Part shown: in pieces, positions 37,940 to 49,565 of the stretch
Numbering within the stretch: the first letter of the stretch is position 1
How the letters are laid out: each line of letters opens with the position of its first letter
Assembly (NCBI GenBank): GCA_964617715.1
Contig: CAZTZN010000002.1
Location: forward strand, 23,441 to 87,440
DNA from: an uncultured Armatimonadia bacterium
GTDB lineage: Bacteria > Armatimonadota > Zipacnadia > Zipacnadales > UBA5352
DNA length: 64,000 nucleotides
Direction: 5' to 3'
The notes under the pieces: model-generated
Database searches by the model: none
The model's input: the letters and a program-made list of their open reading frames with translations, nothing else
Told to the model about the DNA's origin: nothing
Made by a program: the position numbers and the translations under genes

Positions 37940-38749
37940 GCTCAGGTCCGCGACCACGGCCGCCAGCCCGAGCGCGTAGCAGTAGAACGCAAACCACCTG
38001 AGGTTGCGCGACTGCACCGCGCCGATAACCAGCCAGATGGCCAGGTAGCCGGTCGCCGCCGCGATAGCCGCGCACACCAGGTACAGGCCCAACGCCCCGC
38101 TGGCTTGCAGCTTGGGGATCTCCGCTACGGTGCCCGCCAGGATCGCCGGCACGGACATCAGAAAGGCGAACCGCGCCGCCCACCGGCGTCTGAAGCCCAG
38201 CGCCAACCCGGCCGCGATAGTCGATCCCGAGCGCGAGATGCCCGGCACGATTGCGATGAGTTGCGCACCCCCCACCAGCAGCGCATCGCGAGGCGCAGTG
38301 TCCTCCGGCGCCTTGGTGCGGCGGCCGACGCGTTCTGACACCAGCAGTGCGGTTCCGGTCAGCAGAAGGGCACAACCGACCGCCCACGGCACGTGGAACA
38401 GGTACTCGATCTGCTCCTTCACCAGCAGCGCCAGCCCCGCGGGGATGGTCGCCACGACGAGCAGCAGCAGCAGCTTGCGCCCCCACCCGGGCCGCTCGCC
38501 CTCCCCGGCCTCCCGGCCGGGACGAAACACGTCGCGGATGATCTCCGCCAGGTCCGCGCGGTAGTAAAGCACTACGGCCACCAGCGTGCCGAAGTGCACC
38601 AGCACCACAAACTCGATGGGCAGCTCGGACTCCTCACCGCCCATGCCGAACAGCCAGTGCCCCAGCGCGAGGTGCCCCGAGCTGGACACCGGCAGGAACT
38701 CCGTCAGACCCTGAATGACCGCGAGTGTAATCGCCTCAAGCGTCCCCAT
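37928..38749 (-). CDS. uppP: Undecaprenyl-diphosphate phosphatase
   Basis: ATG at 38749 (MGTLEAITLAVIQGLTEFLPVSSSGHL, the BacA signature) and a second conserved block PGISRSGSTI. Confidence 0.85.
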   Translation of the reverse strand: MGTLEAITLAVIQGLTEFLPVSSSGHLALGHWLFGMGGEESELPIEFVVLVHFGTLVAVVLYYRADLAEIIRDVFRPGREAGEGERPGWGRKLLLLLVVATIPAGLALLVKEQIEYLFHVPWAVGCALLLTGTALLVSERVGRRTKAPEDTAPRDALLVGGAQLIAIVPGISRSGSTIAAGLALGFRRRWAARFAFLMSVPAILAGTVAEIPKLQASGALGLYLVCAAIAAATGYLAIWLVIGAVQSRNLRWFAFYCYALGLAAVVADLSGLA

Positions 38750-40103
38750 GCGTGGGCTCGTCCTCGTCTCCTGCCGCGTCGTCGGTTGCGTCCGCCGCCA
38801 CGGTGTCGGTGGGGCCGTCATCCACAGCCGGCCGCTCCCGCTCCCGTGGCTCGACCTCCGGTTCCTCGACCGCGCGCGAGCGGCCCAGCAGCTCTTCCAG
38901 CTCGCGGCCATGCACGTCGTCGCTCATGTACGCCCGATAGTGTATCCAGGCGACCCGCGCCGCCGCCAGCGCCGGCACCGCGACGAACACCCCGATAATC
39001 CCGAAGAACTCCGCACCCACCAGCAGAGCGATGATGACTGCGACCGGATGCAGTCTTGCCCCTTCGCTCATCAGCTTCGGGGCGATGATGCGGTCCGAGA
39101 CGAGCTGGATGACTCCGTAGACGACCAGAATGATAAGCGTACGGTTCAGTCCGACGGTCAGCAGCGAGATGGCGGTGATGAGTACCACCGCGACGACGCC
39201 CCCGACCACGGGCACCATGTTGGCCACGCCGGCGAGGATCCCGAAGGTCAGGTAGACGCGCACGCCCGCAAAGTAGAGTGTGAGCAGAGTAGCCACGGCG
39301 GTGATCAGGGAGATGATCATGACGGTGCGCACATAGCCGCGCACCACCTCGTCCATGTCGCGCACCATGCGGTGGTAGCGCTCGCGGGCCTCGGGCGGCA
39401 GGTGCGCCGCCATGCCCTCGCGCAGAGCGGTGGCGTCGGTCAGGAAGTAGAAGGCGAAGACCGGAACGATCAGCAGACCCACCAACCACGCGCCGGAGGA
39501 CAGAATCGAGGACAGCAGGGTGAGCGGCCACTGCAGGATGGCGCCGCCCCAGTCGGCCCAGCGCTTGCGCATGGTCGCCGCCAGCTCCGGACCGCTGAGC
39601 TGACGGATGATCGAATCGAGCTGCTCCTGTGCCTGCGACCGATAGGGCTCAGGCAGTTGCTCGAGCACATGCTCGAAGAACTCGTCGATTCCCGTGGCGA
39701 GATCGCTCTGCACCCACTGTGTAACCGTGGTCAGGGTCTTGCCCAGCTCGTTGGTGATGGGGGTGACGATGACGGCCGCGAGCACCAGCAGCAGGACGGT
39801 GAACACGATTATGGCGATGAGGGCGGCCACCGCGCGCTTGAAACGCCGCTCCAGGGGCACGGGGATGCGCACCAGCAGATCAACCGCCGGAAGCAGCAGG
39901 TAGGCCAGGGCGACCGCGAGGATCAACAGGATAACTGTCTGCTGCGCGCGCGTGAGCAGGTAGTTAATGGTCGGTGGCAGGTGGAAGATGGCGTAGAAGA
40001 TGACCGCGATGACAATCGCGAGGAAGATGATGCGCCGGTTGGTCCAGCGCTCCGTGGATGTCTCGCCAAGTGGTACCGGTTGCCCTTGCGCCATCGCCCT
40101 CAC
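38736..40103 (-). CDS. AI-2E family transporter (PerM/UPF0118)
   Basis: Eight hydrophobic helices with AI-2E-like spacing. The acidic C-terminal tail overlaps the uppP start by 14 nt. Confidence 0.65.
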   Translation of the reverse strand: MRAMAQGQPVPLGETSTERWTNRRIIFLAIVIAVIFYAIFHLPPTINYLLTRAQQTVILLILAVALAYLLLPAVDLLVRIPVPLERRFKRAVAALIAIIVFTVLLLVLAAVIVTPITNELGKTLTTVTQWVQSDLATGIDEFFEHVLEQLPEPYRSQAQEQLDSIIRQLSGPELAATMRKRWADWGGAILQWPLTLLSSILSSGAWLVGLLIVPVFAFYFLTDATALREGMAAHLPPEARERYHRMVRDMDEVVRGYVRTVMIISLITAVATLLTLYFAGVRVYLTFGILAGVANMVPVVGGVVAVVLITAISLLTVGLNRTLIILVVYGVIQLVSDRIIAPKLMSEGARLHPVAVIIALLVGAEFFGIIGVFVAVPALAAARVAWIHYRAYMSDDVHGRELEELLGRSRAVEEPEVEPRERERPAVDDGPTDTVAADATDDAAGDEDEPTHGDA

Positions 40104-40119
40104 TCTCGCGGCGCTGCGG

Positions 40120-41310
40120 CTACGCCTGCGGCTGGTAGCAGAACTCTCGAGGCCTTCGATCCCGCAGGCCCATTATGTACTCAAGCGCGTCGCAGATGCG
40201 CGACGCAGCATGGCCGTCACCGTAGGGGCTGCCTGCGGCGGCCATGCGCGCATAGGCAGTCGGGCTGGTCAGCAATTCGCGCGCCGCACTCACTATCTCG
40301 GCCGTCTGCGTGCCCACCAGCCGCACCACGCCCGCCTCCACACCCTCGGGGCGCTCTGTGGTGTCACGCACCACCAGCACGGGCACTCCCAGCGCCGGCG
40401 CTTCCTCCTGAATGCCACCTGAGTCGGTGAGAACCAGGTCCGCCCGCGCCATCAGCGGCACAAAGGTCGCGTAGTCGGCCGGCTCACACAAACTCACGCG
40501 ATCGAGGGCGCCCAGGAGTTCGGTCGCCGCCCGCCGCACCCTGGGATTGAGGTGCATCGGGAAGATCACATGCAGATCGTCGAACTCGCCCACCAACTGC
40601 GCGATCGCGGTACATATCCGCGTGAAGGGCACGCCCAGGTTCTCACGCCGGTGCGCCGTCACCAGCAGCACGCGGCCATCAATCTCCTCCAGCCACTCAA
40701 ACTGCGTCCCCGCCAGCGACGGATTCCGTTCATGCGTCGCCAGCAGTGCGTCGATGACGGTGTTGCCGGTCACGAAGATAGTGTCCGGCGCCACGTTCTC
40801 GGCCAGCAGGTTCTCCTTCGCCCGCTCGGTGGCGGCGAAGTGCAGATTGGCGATGACCCCGGTCATGCGCCGGAAGACCTCTTCGGGGAAGGGCGAGTAC
40901 TTGTTCCCGCTGCGCAGCCCCGCCTCGACGTGGCCCACGCGCACCTGGTGGAAGAACCCCGCCAACGCCCCGGCCAGTGTGGTGGCGGTGTCGCCCTGCA
41001 CGAGCACCGCGTCGGGAGCAACCTCGCCCACGGCGTCCTCGAGGCCCTTGAACGCCCGCGACATCACCTCGCCCAGGGTCTGCCCGTGCTCCATGATGTC
41101 CAGACTGACCTGGGGCTCGAGGTCGAAGATGTCCAGCACCTGCCCCAGCATCTCACGATGCTGGCCCGTAGCCATCAGCACCGGCTCGAACTCGGGGCGC
41201 TCCCGCATGACTTCGTACACCGGAGCCAGCTTGATGGCCTCGGGGCGCGTGCCGAATATGATGGCTACCCTGGCTGCTATCGCAACCACACCTTCAGCGC
41301 GATCATGCAC
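40120..41310 (-). CDS. wecB: UDP-N-acetylglucosamine 2-epimerase (non-hydrolysing)
   Basis: RVAIIFGTRPEAIKLAPV...HVEAGLRS...DSGGIQEEAP motifs. Start uncertain (GTG at 41310 or 41289). It overlaps the 3' end of the upstream transferase gene. Confidence 0.8.
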   Translation of the reverse strand: MHDRAEGVVAIAARVAIIFGTRPEAIKLAPVYEVMRERPEFEPVLMATGQHREMLGQVLDIFDLEPQVSLDIMEHGQTLGEVMSRAFKGLEDAVGEVAPDAVLVQGDTATTLAGALAGFFHQVRVGHVEAGLRSGNKYSPFPEEVFRRMTGVIANLHFAATERAKENLLAENVAPDTIFVTGNTVIDALLATHERNPSLAGTQFEWLEEIDGRVLLVTAHRRENLGVPFTRICTAIAQLVGEFDDLHVIFPMHLNPRVRRAATELLGALDRVSLCEPADYATFVPLMARADLVLTDSGGIQEEAPALGVPVLVVRDTTERPEGVEAGVVRLVGTQTAEIVSAARELLTSPTAYARMAAAGSPYGDGHAASRICDALEYIMGLRDRRPREFCYQPQA

Positions 41311-42221
41311 AGCAGGCCCGTGATGCCGTACATGAACAGCACGGTTTCACGGGTGGACAGGCCGCTGTCGAGCAGCCGATGATGCAGATGGCCCCGGTCG
41401 GGATGGTAGATGGGCCGGCCGGCACGCAGACGCTTGAGGATGGTCACCGCTGAGTCGTAAATGGGCAAGCCCAGCACCAGCATGGGCACACCCACCACCA
41501 ACGCGGTGGGCTGCTTGATCGCCCCGATCACCGACAGACAGGCGAGCATGTACCCCAGGAACATCGCCCCGACGTCGCCCATGAAGATGCTGGCCGGGTT
41601 GAAGTTGTAGCGCAGGAACCCCAGCGCGGCGCCCGCCAGCGCGGCCGCGGGCACCAACACGGTCAGCGCCTGCCCGCCCGATGCCGCCACCATCGCCAGC
41701 GTCAACGCGGCGATCGAACTGACCCCCGCAGCCAGGCCGTCGAGTCCGTCCAGCCAGTTGACGGCGTTGACGATGAAGGCGATCCACAACACCGTAACCG
41801 GCATCTCCAGCGTGCCCATGAAGATGTACTCCGGGCCGAACAGAAAGTGCAGCGGATTGCCGACCTGCACTACACGCACTCCGAAAAAGTACGCGATCAG
41901 CCCCACGCCGAACTGCGCTCCCAGACGCGGCAGCGCCGGCAGGCGGTACTTATCATCAAGCGCACAGATGGTCAGCAGGATGCTCGAACCGATGAGCATG
42001 CCAATGAGCGGCGGCGTCGGTGGCCACTGCAGCGCCAAGGCCACCGTCCAGAAGCTGGCGAAGATAGCAAAGCCTCCGCCGAAGGGCACGGGCTTTTCGT
42101 GCGAGCTGCGCTCAACGGGGTGGTCGATGAGGTTGCAATGCACCGCGATACGCCGTGCTACCGGCGTGAGCACCAGCGACAGCACGAACGACGCCGCCAG
42201 CGGGATGGCCAGGCTCATCAC
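41277..42221 (-). CDS. Undecaprenyl-phosphate N-acetylhexosamine-1-phosphate transferase, WecA/MraY-like
   Basis: Polytopic membrane protein. MraY/WecA/TagO-family motifs are recognisable: [10 protein letters not shown] (Mg-binding DD-like motif) and [16 protein letters not shown]. Confidence 0.75.
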   Translation of the reverse strand: MMSLAIPLAASFVLSLVLTPVARRIAVHCNLIDHPVERSSHEKPVPFGGGFAIFASFWTVALALQWPPTPPLIGMLIGSSILLTICALDDKYRLPALPRLGAQFGVGLIAYFFGVRVVQVGNPLHFLFGPEYIFMGTLEMPVTVLWIAFIVNAVNWLDGLDGLAAGVSSIAALTLAMVAASGGQALTVLVPAAALAGAALGFLRYNFNPASIFMGDVGAMFLGYMLACLSVIGAIKQPTALVVGVPMLVLGLPIYDSAVTILKRLRAGRPIYHPDRGHLHHRLLDSGLSTRETVLFMYGITGLLCMIALKVWLR

Positions 42222-42694
42222 CTCGCCTCCCCTCCCGCGTCCGCATGCCAGTGCGTCAGCTCCACGCCCGCCTCAGTCAGCATCTGCCGGCTGAGTTCGT
42301 CGGGATAGTCAATCTCGTAGACAATGCGCTTCACGTTCGCGTTGATGAGCATCTTCGCGCAGGTCACACACGGGAACGTGGTGCAGTAGGCCGTGACGTC
42401 GCGCAGTTCTACACCGTGCACCGCCGCCTGGATGATCGCGTTCTGCTCAGCGTGCAACCCCCGGCACAGCTCCTGGCGCTCGCCGGAGGGCACGCCTAAC
42501 TGCTCACGATAGCACCCGCCCAGCTCGGCGCAATGCGCCATGCCCTTGGGCGCTCCGTTGTAGCCGGTGGCGAGAATGCGCCGGTCCGAGACCAGCACCG
42601 CCCCCACATGCCGCCGCAGGCACGTGGAGCGCCGGGCCACCACATGGCATATCTCCATGAAGTACTCGTCCCACGACGGCCGCCCATCGATCAT
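42218..42694 (-). CDS. dCMP deaminase (ComEB-like cytidine/deoxycytidylate deaminase)
   Basis: ATG at 42694 ([15 protein letters not shown]). Zinc-binding HAEQNAI and PCVTCAKML motifs. The track ORF extends upstream to 42766. Confidence 0.75.
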   Translation of the reverse strand: MIDGRPSWDEYFMEICHVVARRSTCLRRHVGAVLVSDRRILATGYNGAPKGMAHCAELGGCYREQLGVPSGERQELCRGLHAEQNAIIQAAVHGVELRDVTAYCTTFPCVTCAKMLINANVKRIVYEIDYPDELSRQMLTEAGVELTHWHADAGGEAR

Positions 42695-42734
42695 GCCGGT
42701 CCGCGCGTCATCCATCATCCGCACCGCGACCCGG

Positions 42735-43190
42735 TCAGGGCCGCTCCCGCCCGCCGCCGAGCGCATCTACCTTGCGCACCCGCCGCAGGTGTCGCTCGTC
42801 ATCGCTCACCGGAGTCCGCACGAACTCGGTCACGATCGCCTTGGCCAGCTCCTCGCCGGTCACCCGAGCGCCCAGGCAACATATGTTCGCGTGGTTATGC
42901 TCGCGCGCCATGCGCGCGTGGTACTCCACGCAGCACAGTGCCGCGCGTACCCCCGGAACCTTGTTCGCCGCCATCGACATGCCTATTCCCGTGCCACAGA
43001 TCAGCAGCCCCAGGTCGGCCTCCCCCGCCGCGACCGCGCGCGCCACAGCCTCCGCGCAATCAGGGTAGTCCACCGACTCCTCGGTATCCACGCCCAGATT
43101 GTCCGCCTCCACACCCAGCTCCCGCAGATGCCTGAGCAGCACCAGCTTGAGCTGCACGGCGGCATGGTCATTACCTACCGCGATCTTCAT
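42735..43190 (-). CDS. rpiB: Ribose-5-phosphate isomerase B
   Basis: RpiB/LacAB motifs: [38 protein letters not shown]. Confidence 0.85.
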   Translation of the reverse strand: MKIAVGNDHAAVQLKLVLLRHLRELGVEADNLGVDTEESVDYPDCAEAVARAVAAGEADLGLLICGTGIGMSMAANKVPGVRAALCCVEYHARMAREHNHANICCLGARVTGEELAKAIVTEFVRTPVSDDERHLRRVRKVDALGGGRERP

Positions 43191-43301
43191 CAGCCACCGT
43201 CCCGGTATCGCGAGAAATACAGTTCCTCCGCCGCGGGCGGGCGATGCCGACGGCCCGGGTGGAGGATGGGGACTGCCGTCATGCGCGCCGGCCTCAGCGG
43301 C

Positions 43302-45044
43302 TCACTCGGCGCGCTGTTCGATGACCTTTTCGGGGTCCTTCGGAAGCCGCAGGCTGAAGGTCGAGCCCTGACCGACCTCACTCGACTCGAGCCAGACCTC
43401 GCCGCCGTGCGCATGCGCCAGATGCTGCACCAGGTACAGGCCGATCCCGGTGCCGGAGATAGAGCGATGATCGATGTCGTCATCGACCTGATGGAAGCGC
43501 TGGAAGATGCGGTCGCGGTGCCGCTCCGGGATGCCCAGACCCTGATCGATCACATCCAGCCGCACCGTGCCGTTCTCATTGGTGGCCACGATGCGCACCG
43601 TGCCGCCGTTGGGAGAGTACTTGACAGCATTGCCCACGAGGTTATCGAGGATCTGGGTAAGCTTGTCGGCATCGGCCCGAATGGGCTCGAGGTCGTCGGG
43701 AGCCTCCGCCACGATCTCGTGCTTCTTCGTATACGGCTGGTGATTGGCCGCCACGCGCCGGATCAACTGACCTACGTCCACATCGGAGAGCTGCAGCTCC
43801 AACCCGCGTCCGGACTCGATCTTGGAGATGTTGAGCAGGTCGGAGATCAGGCGCGTAAGCCGGTCGCACTCCTCGTTGATGATGATGAGGAACTCACGCC
43901 GTGTCTCCTCATCGTACATGCCCTCGTCGTCTTCCAGCAGCGTGGAGATGAAACCCTTGATAGACGTAAGCGGGGTGCGCAGCTCGTGGGAGACCGTGGA
44001 CACGAAGGCGGTCTTCATGCGCTCGACACGGCGAATCTCAGTGATGTCGTTGAAGATGGCCACGACACTCTCCACGCCGCCCTCGTCCTCGCGCTTCATG
44101 AGCGTCGTCTGCGCCTGGTAGACACGCCCTTCATCCTCGCCGACCATGATCTCGACAGTGCGTTCCTCGCCGCTCTCCAGCGTGCTCTCAATCAGATCGC
44201 GCACCTGCCCGGGCGGCAGGACATCCTGCATGGGCTTGCCGCTGTAGTCGCCGTCGTGGACATCCAGCATCTGTCCCGCCGCCGGATTGAGCAGGCGGAT
44301 CATGCCCTGACGGTTGACTACAATCACCCCGACGTGGATGCTCTCGAAGGCGTCCTCCAGCTCCTCCTTCTCCTCGGTGAGCTGGATATAGAGCTGGGCG
44401 TTGGAGATGACCGCCGCCGCCTGCTCGGCCAGCATCTCCAGCAGGCGCATGTCCTCCTGGCCGAAGTCCTCGTCGAAGCGCTTGTTGAAGACGTGCATCA
44501 CGCCGATGACACGCTCGTCAACCAGCCGCTCCTCCTCGTCGCGCTGCTTGATGACCAGGGGCACACATACGCCGTTGCGCACGGCCAGCAGCGAGACGAC
44601 ATGCTTCAGGGTGCGCGGGTCGTTAAGCGCGTCGTTGAACACCACCGACTCGCGGTTCTGGAACACCCAGCCGCTGACACCCTCATCGGCCCGGATGTTG
44701 ATAGCGTTGGCCTGCTCCTCGGTGATACCCAGGGCGGGGGGCAGTACGTTGAGCGAACCGGTGTCGGGCTGGTGGAGCAGGAGGAGGACCTTCTCGGCCT
44801 GGATGATCATCGCGACCTTCTTGATCAGCCGGCCCAGCGTGTTGCGCAGCTCAGGGCGCGTGACGACGACCGCGGGCACCTCCGCCATGGTGGAGGCCGC
44901 CTCGAGTTCGTCCTCGAGGGAGCGGATACGTCGCCGCATCTCCTCGACCACCAGGCGGTAGTGCTCGAGTTCTCGCCTCAGTTCCCGTGGCGAATCGGGC
45001 GGGCCGTTTTCCCCGTTCCTGTCGTGCGACACGCTATCACTCAC
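43302..45044 (-). CDS. GAF-domain sensor histidine kinase
   Basis: GTG at 45044 is the proposed start (the track ORF reaches 45284). A coiled-coil and GAF region precede a HisKA H-box (VSHELRTPLTSIKG) and an HATPase_c domain (N, G1/G2 boxes: DQGLGIP, GTGIGL). Confidence 0.75.
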   Translation of the reverse strand: MSDSVSHDRNGENGPPDSPRELRRELEHYRLVVEEMRRRIRSLEDELEAASTMAEVPAVVVTRPELRNTLGRLIKKVAMIIQAEKVLLLLHQPDTGSLNVLPPALGITEEQANAINIRADEGVSGWVFQNRESVVFNDALNDPRTLKHVVSLLAVRNGVCVPLVIKQRDEEERLVDERVIGVMHVFNKRFDEDFGQEDMRLLEMLAEQAAAVISNAQLYIQLTEEKEELEDAFESIHVGVIVVNRQGMIRLLNPAAGQMLDVHDGDYSGKPMQDVLPPGQVRDLIESTLESGEERTVEIMVGEDEGRVYQAQTTLMKREDEGGVESVVAIFNDITEIRRVERMKTAFVSTVSHELRTPLTSIKGFISTLLEDDEGMYDEETRREFLIIINEECDRLTRLISDLLNISKIESGRGLELQLSDVDVGQLIRRVAANHQPYTKKHEIVAEAPDDLEPIRADADKLTQILDNLVGNAVKYSPNGGTVRIVATNENGTVRLDVIDQGLGIPERHRDRIFQRFHQVDDDIDHRSISGTGIGLYLVQHLAHAHGGEVWLESSEVGQGSTFSLRLPKDPEKVIEQRAE

Positions 45045-45364
45045 CCGGTCTGTCCCCCCCTGTACCACATGGGGGCACCGCCGTCCACGGACCGTCCGCT
45101 CAAACCATCCGCAGACAAGCAGCGCCCGGCGCCTGATCCGATTGCCGGGAACGCTCGGTTGGAGGTCGTCATGCAGCCGGCCACGCCACCGACGCAGGAC
45201 CTGCTCCGAATCGGCAGAATCCCTGCGTCCATGGCTCGAGCACCAGCAAAGGCCGCTGCGGGGCAGGCCCCGCAGCGCTGGCAATTATAGGCCAAGCCCC
45301 CCCGGCAAGTCAAGTTGGCCCTCGACGGGCCCCCGGCGCCCCGACAGCACCTGCCGGCGGTGCC

Positions 45365-45724
45365 TCAGCGGACCAGTGCGGCCACTGCAAGGCCCCCCGC
45401 CACCGCCGCCAGCCACGCTGCGGCCACATCGGTCTGCGGCACTCCTCGTCCGGCCTGCAGCGCAATGCCCAGGAGCCAGATCGCCGACATCAGACACAGC
45501 GTGAGATCGGCCGCGCGTCCACGCCAGTCGGCCATGCGCACGCCCCGCCAGGCCAACACCAGCCCGACCGACAGCCCGACGATCGCGCCCAGCGCAGCGC
45601 CCTCATACGGGGACTGCGTGCCGGGCGCCAGCAAGCTCTGCAGCCAGCGCCCGGCCACCGAGCCCATCGGCGCCAACGCCGCCGCCAGCACCAGACGTGC
45701 CATCAGCCCCGTCGCCGATCTCAT
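45365..45724 (-). CDS. Small hypothetical membrane protein
   Basis: 119 aa with three hydrophobic segments and good GC3 bias. No family recognised. Confidence 0.35.
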   Translation of the reverse strand: MRSATGLMARLVLAAALAPMGSVAGRWLQSLLAPGTQSPYEGAALGAIVGLSVGLVLAWRGVRMADWRGRAADLTLCLMSAIWLLGIALQAGRGVPQTDVAAAWLAAVAGGLAVAALVR

Positions 45725-45777
45725 TGTGCAGCCCGACGGGCAATGCCCTCGCGGCGAATCCGGGTCGGCACGAGCGC

Positions 45778-46785
45778 TCAGCGAGCCACCGACTCGGGCT
45801 TGCCACTCTCAGCCGACGCCCAGGCGGCCTCCGAAAGCTGGATGACCTTGAGCGCGTCTTCGGGCGATGACTGAATCTCCTCCTTGCCGCGGATCGCCGC
45901 GATGAAGTTCTCATCCGGCGACCACGTCCGGCCCAGCGCTTCGCCCGAGATGACCGTGCGCTCCGCGTCCTCGCCCCACTCCCAGACCTCGTCACCTCGG
46001 ATGGCGAGTTGCCCTCGCTCCAGCCAGATCGTTGTCTCCTCGAACATCCCCGGCCACGACTGGTAGCCGACCACGGAGAATGTACACAGGGCGCCGCCGT
46101 CGAACCTGACATCGATGGCGCTGAGGATGTCCACCTCCGAGCCCATCTTGTCCTGGTAGGCAAAAACCTCAGCGGGCTGCAGATCGCTCATCCACAGCAC
46201 GATGTCGATCAGATGACTGCCCGAATCGTTGAGCTGCCCGCCCCCCGACCACTTCAGCTTCGACCGCCAGGTCCCACGCGTCACCTGGCTCTGGTACCAT
46301 GCCTGCGACTGCAGTGAGTTGATAAACACCACGTCGCCCAGCTCGCCCGAGGCGATCCGCTCCCGGCAGTAGCGGAACTGCGCCATGGTGTGGCGCTGGT
46401 AGGACACGCCCATGGTGCGCCCCGACTTCTTCCACGCCCTGATGACCGCCCGCGCGTGCTTGGTGGTGCACACCATCGGCTTCTCGCACAGCACGTGCAG
46501 GTCGTGCGCCAGGCTATCCATAATCTGCCGGTAGTGCAGTGTGTGGGGCGTGGAGATGACCACGGCGTCCATCTCCACCTCATCCAGCATCTCCTTGTGG
46601 TCCGCGAACACCGGCAGCTTGGCCGCACCCTTCACCTGCTCGCGCGTCGCCGCGATGGCGTCCTCGCTCGGGTCGGTGATCGCCACCAGCTTCACGCCCC
46701 TCATCGCGGCCAGACGCCGCATATGACCGCGCGCATTGCCCCCCGCTCCGATCGCGCCGACACGAATGCTCGCTGGCATCATCAC
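45778..46785 (-). CDS. Gfo/Idh/MocA family NAD(P)-dependent oxidoreductase
   Basis: Rossmann N-terminus IRVGAIGAGGNARGHM...VAITD and the central EKP motif (VLCEKPM). Confidence 0.75.
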   Translation of the reverse strand: MMMPASIRVGAIGAGGNARGHMRRLAAMRGVKLVAITDPSEDAIAATREQVKGAAKLPVFADHKEMLDEVEMDAVVISTPHTLHYRQIMDSLAHDLHVLCEKPMVCTTKHARAVIRAWKKSGRTMGVSYQRHTMAQFRYCRERIASGELGDVVFINSLQSQAWYQSQVTRGTWRSKLKWSGGGQLNDSGSHLIDIVLWMSDLQPAEVFAYQDKMGSEVDILSAIDVRFDGGALCTFSVVGYQSWPGMFEETTIWLERGQLAIRGDEVWEWGEDAERTVISGEALGRTWSPDENFIAAIRGKEEIQSSPEDALKVIQLSEAAWASAESGKPESVAR

Positions 46786-47049
46786 TCCGTCCTTTCCGGT
46801 TACAACGAACGCCCCGGTTCTGTTGGTTCCCCGACCTCATCCCCGTTCCGGCGCGGACCTTCCGCACGGCATGCGCGATACCTCCCCACCACTGCCCACA
46901 GGCGATCGCGCGGACTCGCTCACCCCGTCAGCATGACCCGATTAGTGCCCGGTCTCTCCGGCAAAAGTTGCACATACATTCACAACGCCGAGCGTTTCGG
47001 AGCCGATTCGCAGCGGCTTCGCAGACACCTCCGAGCGCCCCGCGTCAGC

Positions 47050-47079
47050 TTGACGGAGAGGGGTCATTTCTGGTATACT
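47050..47079 (+). promoter_or_regulatory. Putative gyrB promoter TTGACG-N18-TATACT, preceding a roughly 320-nt structured leader
   Basis: Hexamers at 47050-47055 and 47074-47079. The leader contains an 11-bp stem GGAATGCCCCC...GGGGGTATTCC at about 47089-47140. Confidence 0.45.
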
Positions 47080-47405
47080 CAGAGGCGTGGAATGCCCCCT
47101 GTACGGCGCCTCTTGCGGGTATGGGATACGGGGGTATTCCCCACTCCCGAACAGGCACCATGCCGAGGCCTGCGCCGAGGCATCGAACCGTACGCAGAAG
47201 CGTTTGCAGCCGGCGCCCGGGAGGGCGCTTGTCGATGCAGGCGACGCACCCAAGCCGCAACGGTGGAGTGGCCCCATGCGTCTCCGCTTCGCTTGCCCGG
47301 AGCGCCCCGTTCGGCACATTGCGCTCTCTCCATGGCGAACTGCGCGCTTCTGACCCGACCACCAGCACTGCTGCCGCTCGTGAACGACGAAGGAGTCATA
47401 CATAG

Positions 47406-49388
<1,983 letters not shown>

Positions 49389-49421
49389 GCGAGGGCCCGC
49401 ACAAGCACCCCCTGCGCCGCT

Positions 49422-49453
49422 CACAGCCGACCTGGATCACCGGGTCGGCTGTG
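49422..49453 (+). terminator. Hairpin after gyrB (CACAGCCGAC-N12-GTCGGCTGTG); weak U tract
   Basis: Perfect 10-bp inverted repeat beginning 34 nt after the gyrB stop. Confidence 0.35.
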
Positions 49454-49565
49454 TGGCTTCCGGGGAGGTAATGACACAACGCGAGTGAATGTTAACGCAC
49501 GAACCGGACTGAGTGGTCGCTCACCGCCCGTGTGTGCCCTGATTGTGCCGCTGGGAGGTCATATC

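Noticed and set aside
42567-45290. 907-aa plus-strand ORF opposite dCMP deaminase, rpiB and the histidine kinase
   Set aside because: Antisense to three genes with clear family motifs. The translation is Arg/Ala/Gly-rich low complexity typical of GC-rich non-coding frames.
47087-47353. 88-aa ORF beginning at the predicted gyrB TSS (possible leaderless small protein)
   Set aside because: Triplets in this frame end frequently in A/T, unlike local genes. The translation is Arg/Pro-rich noise. It is treated as part of a noncoding leader.
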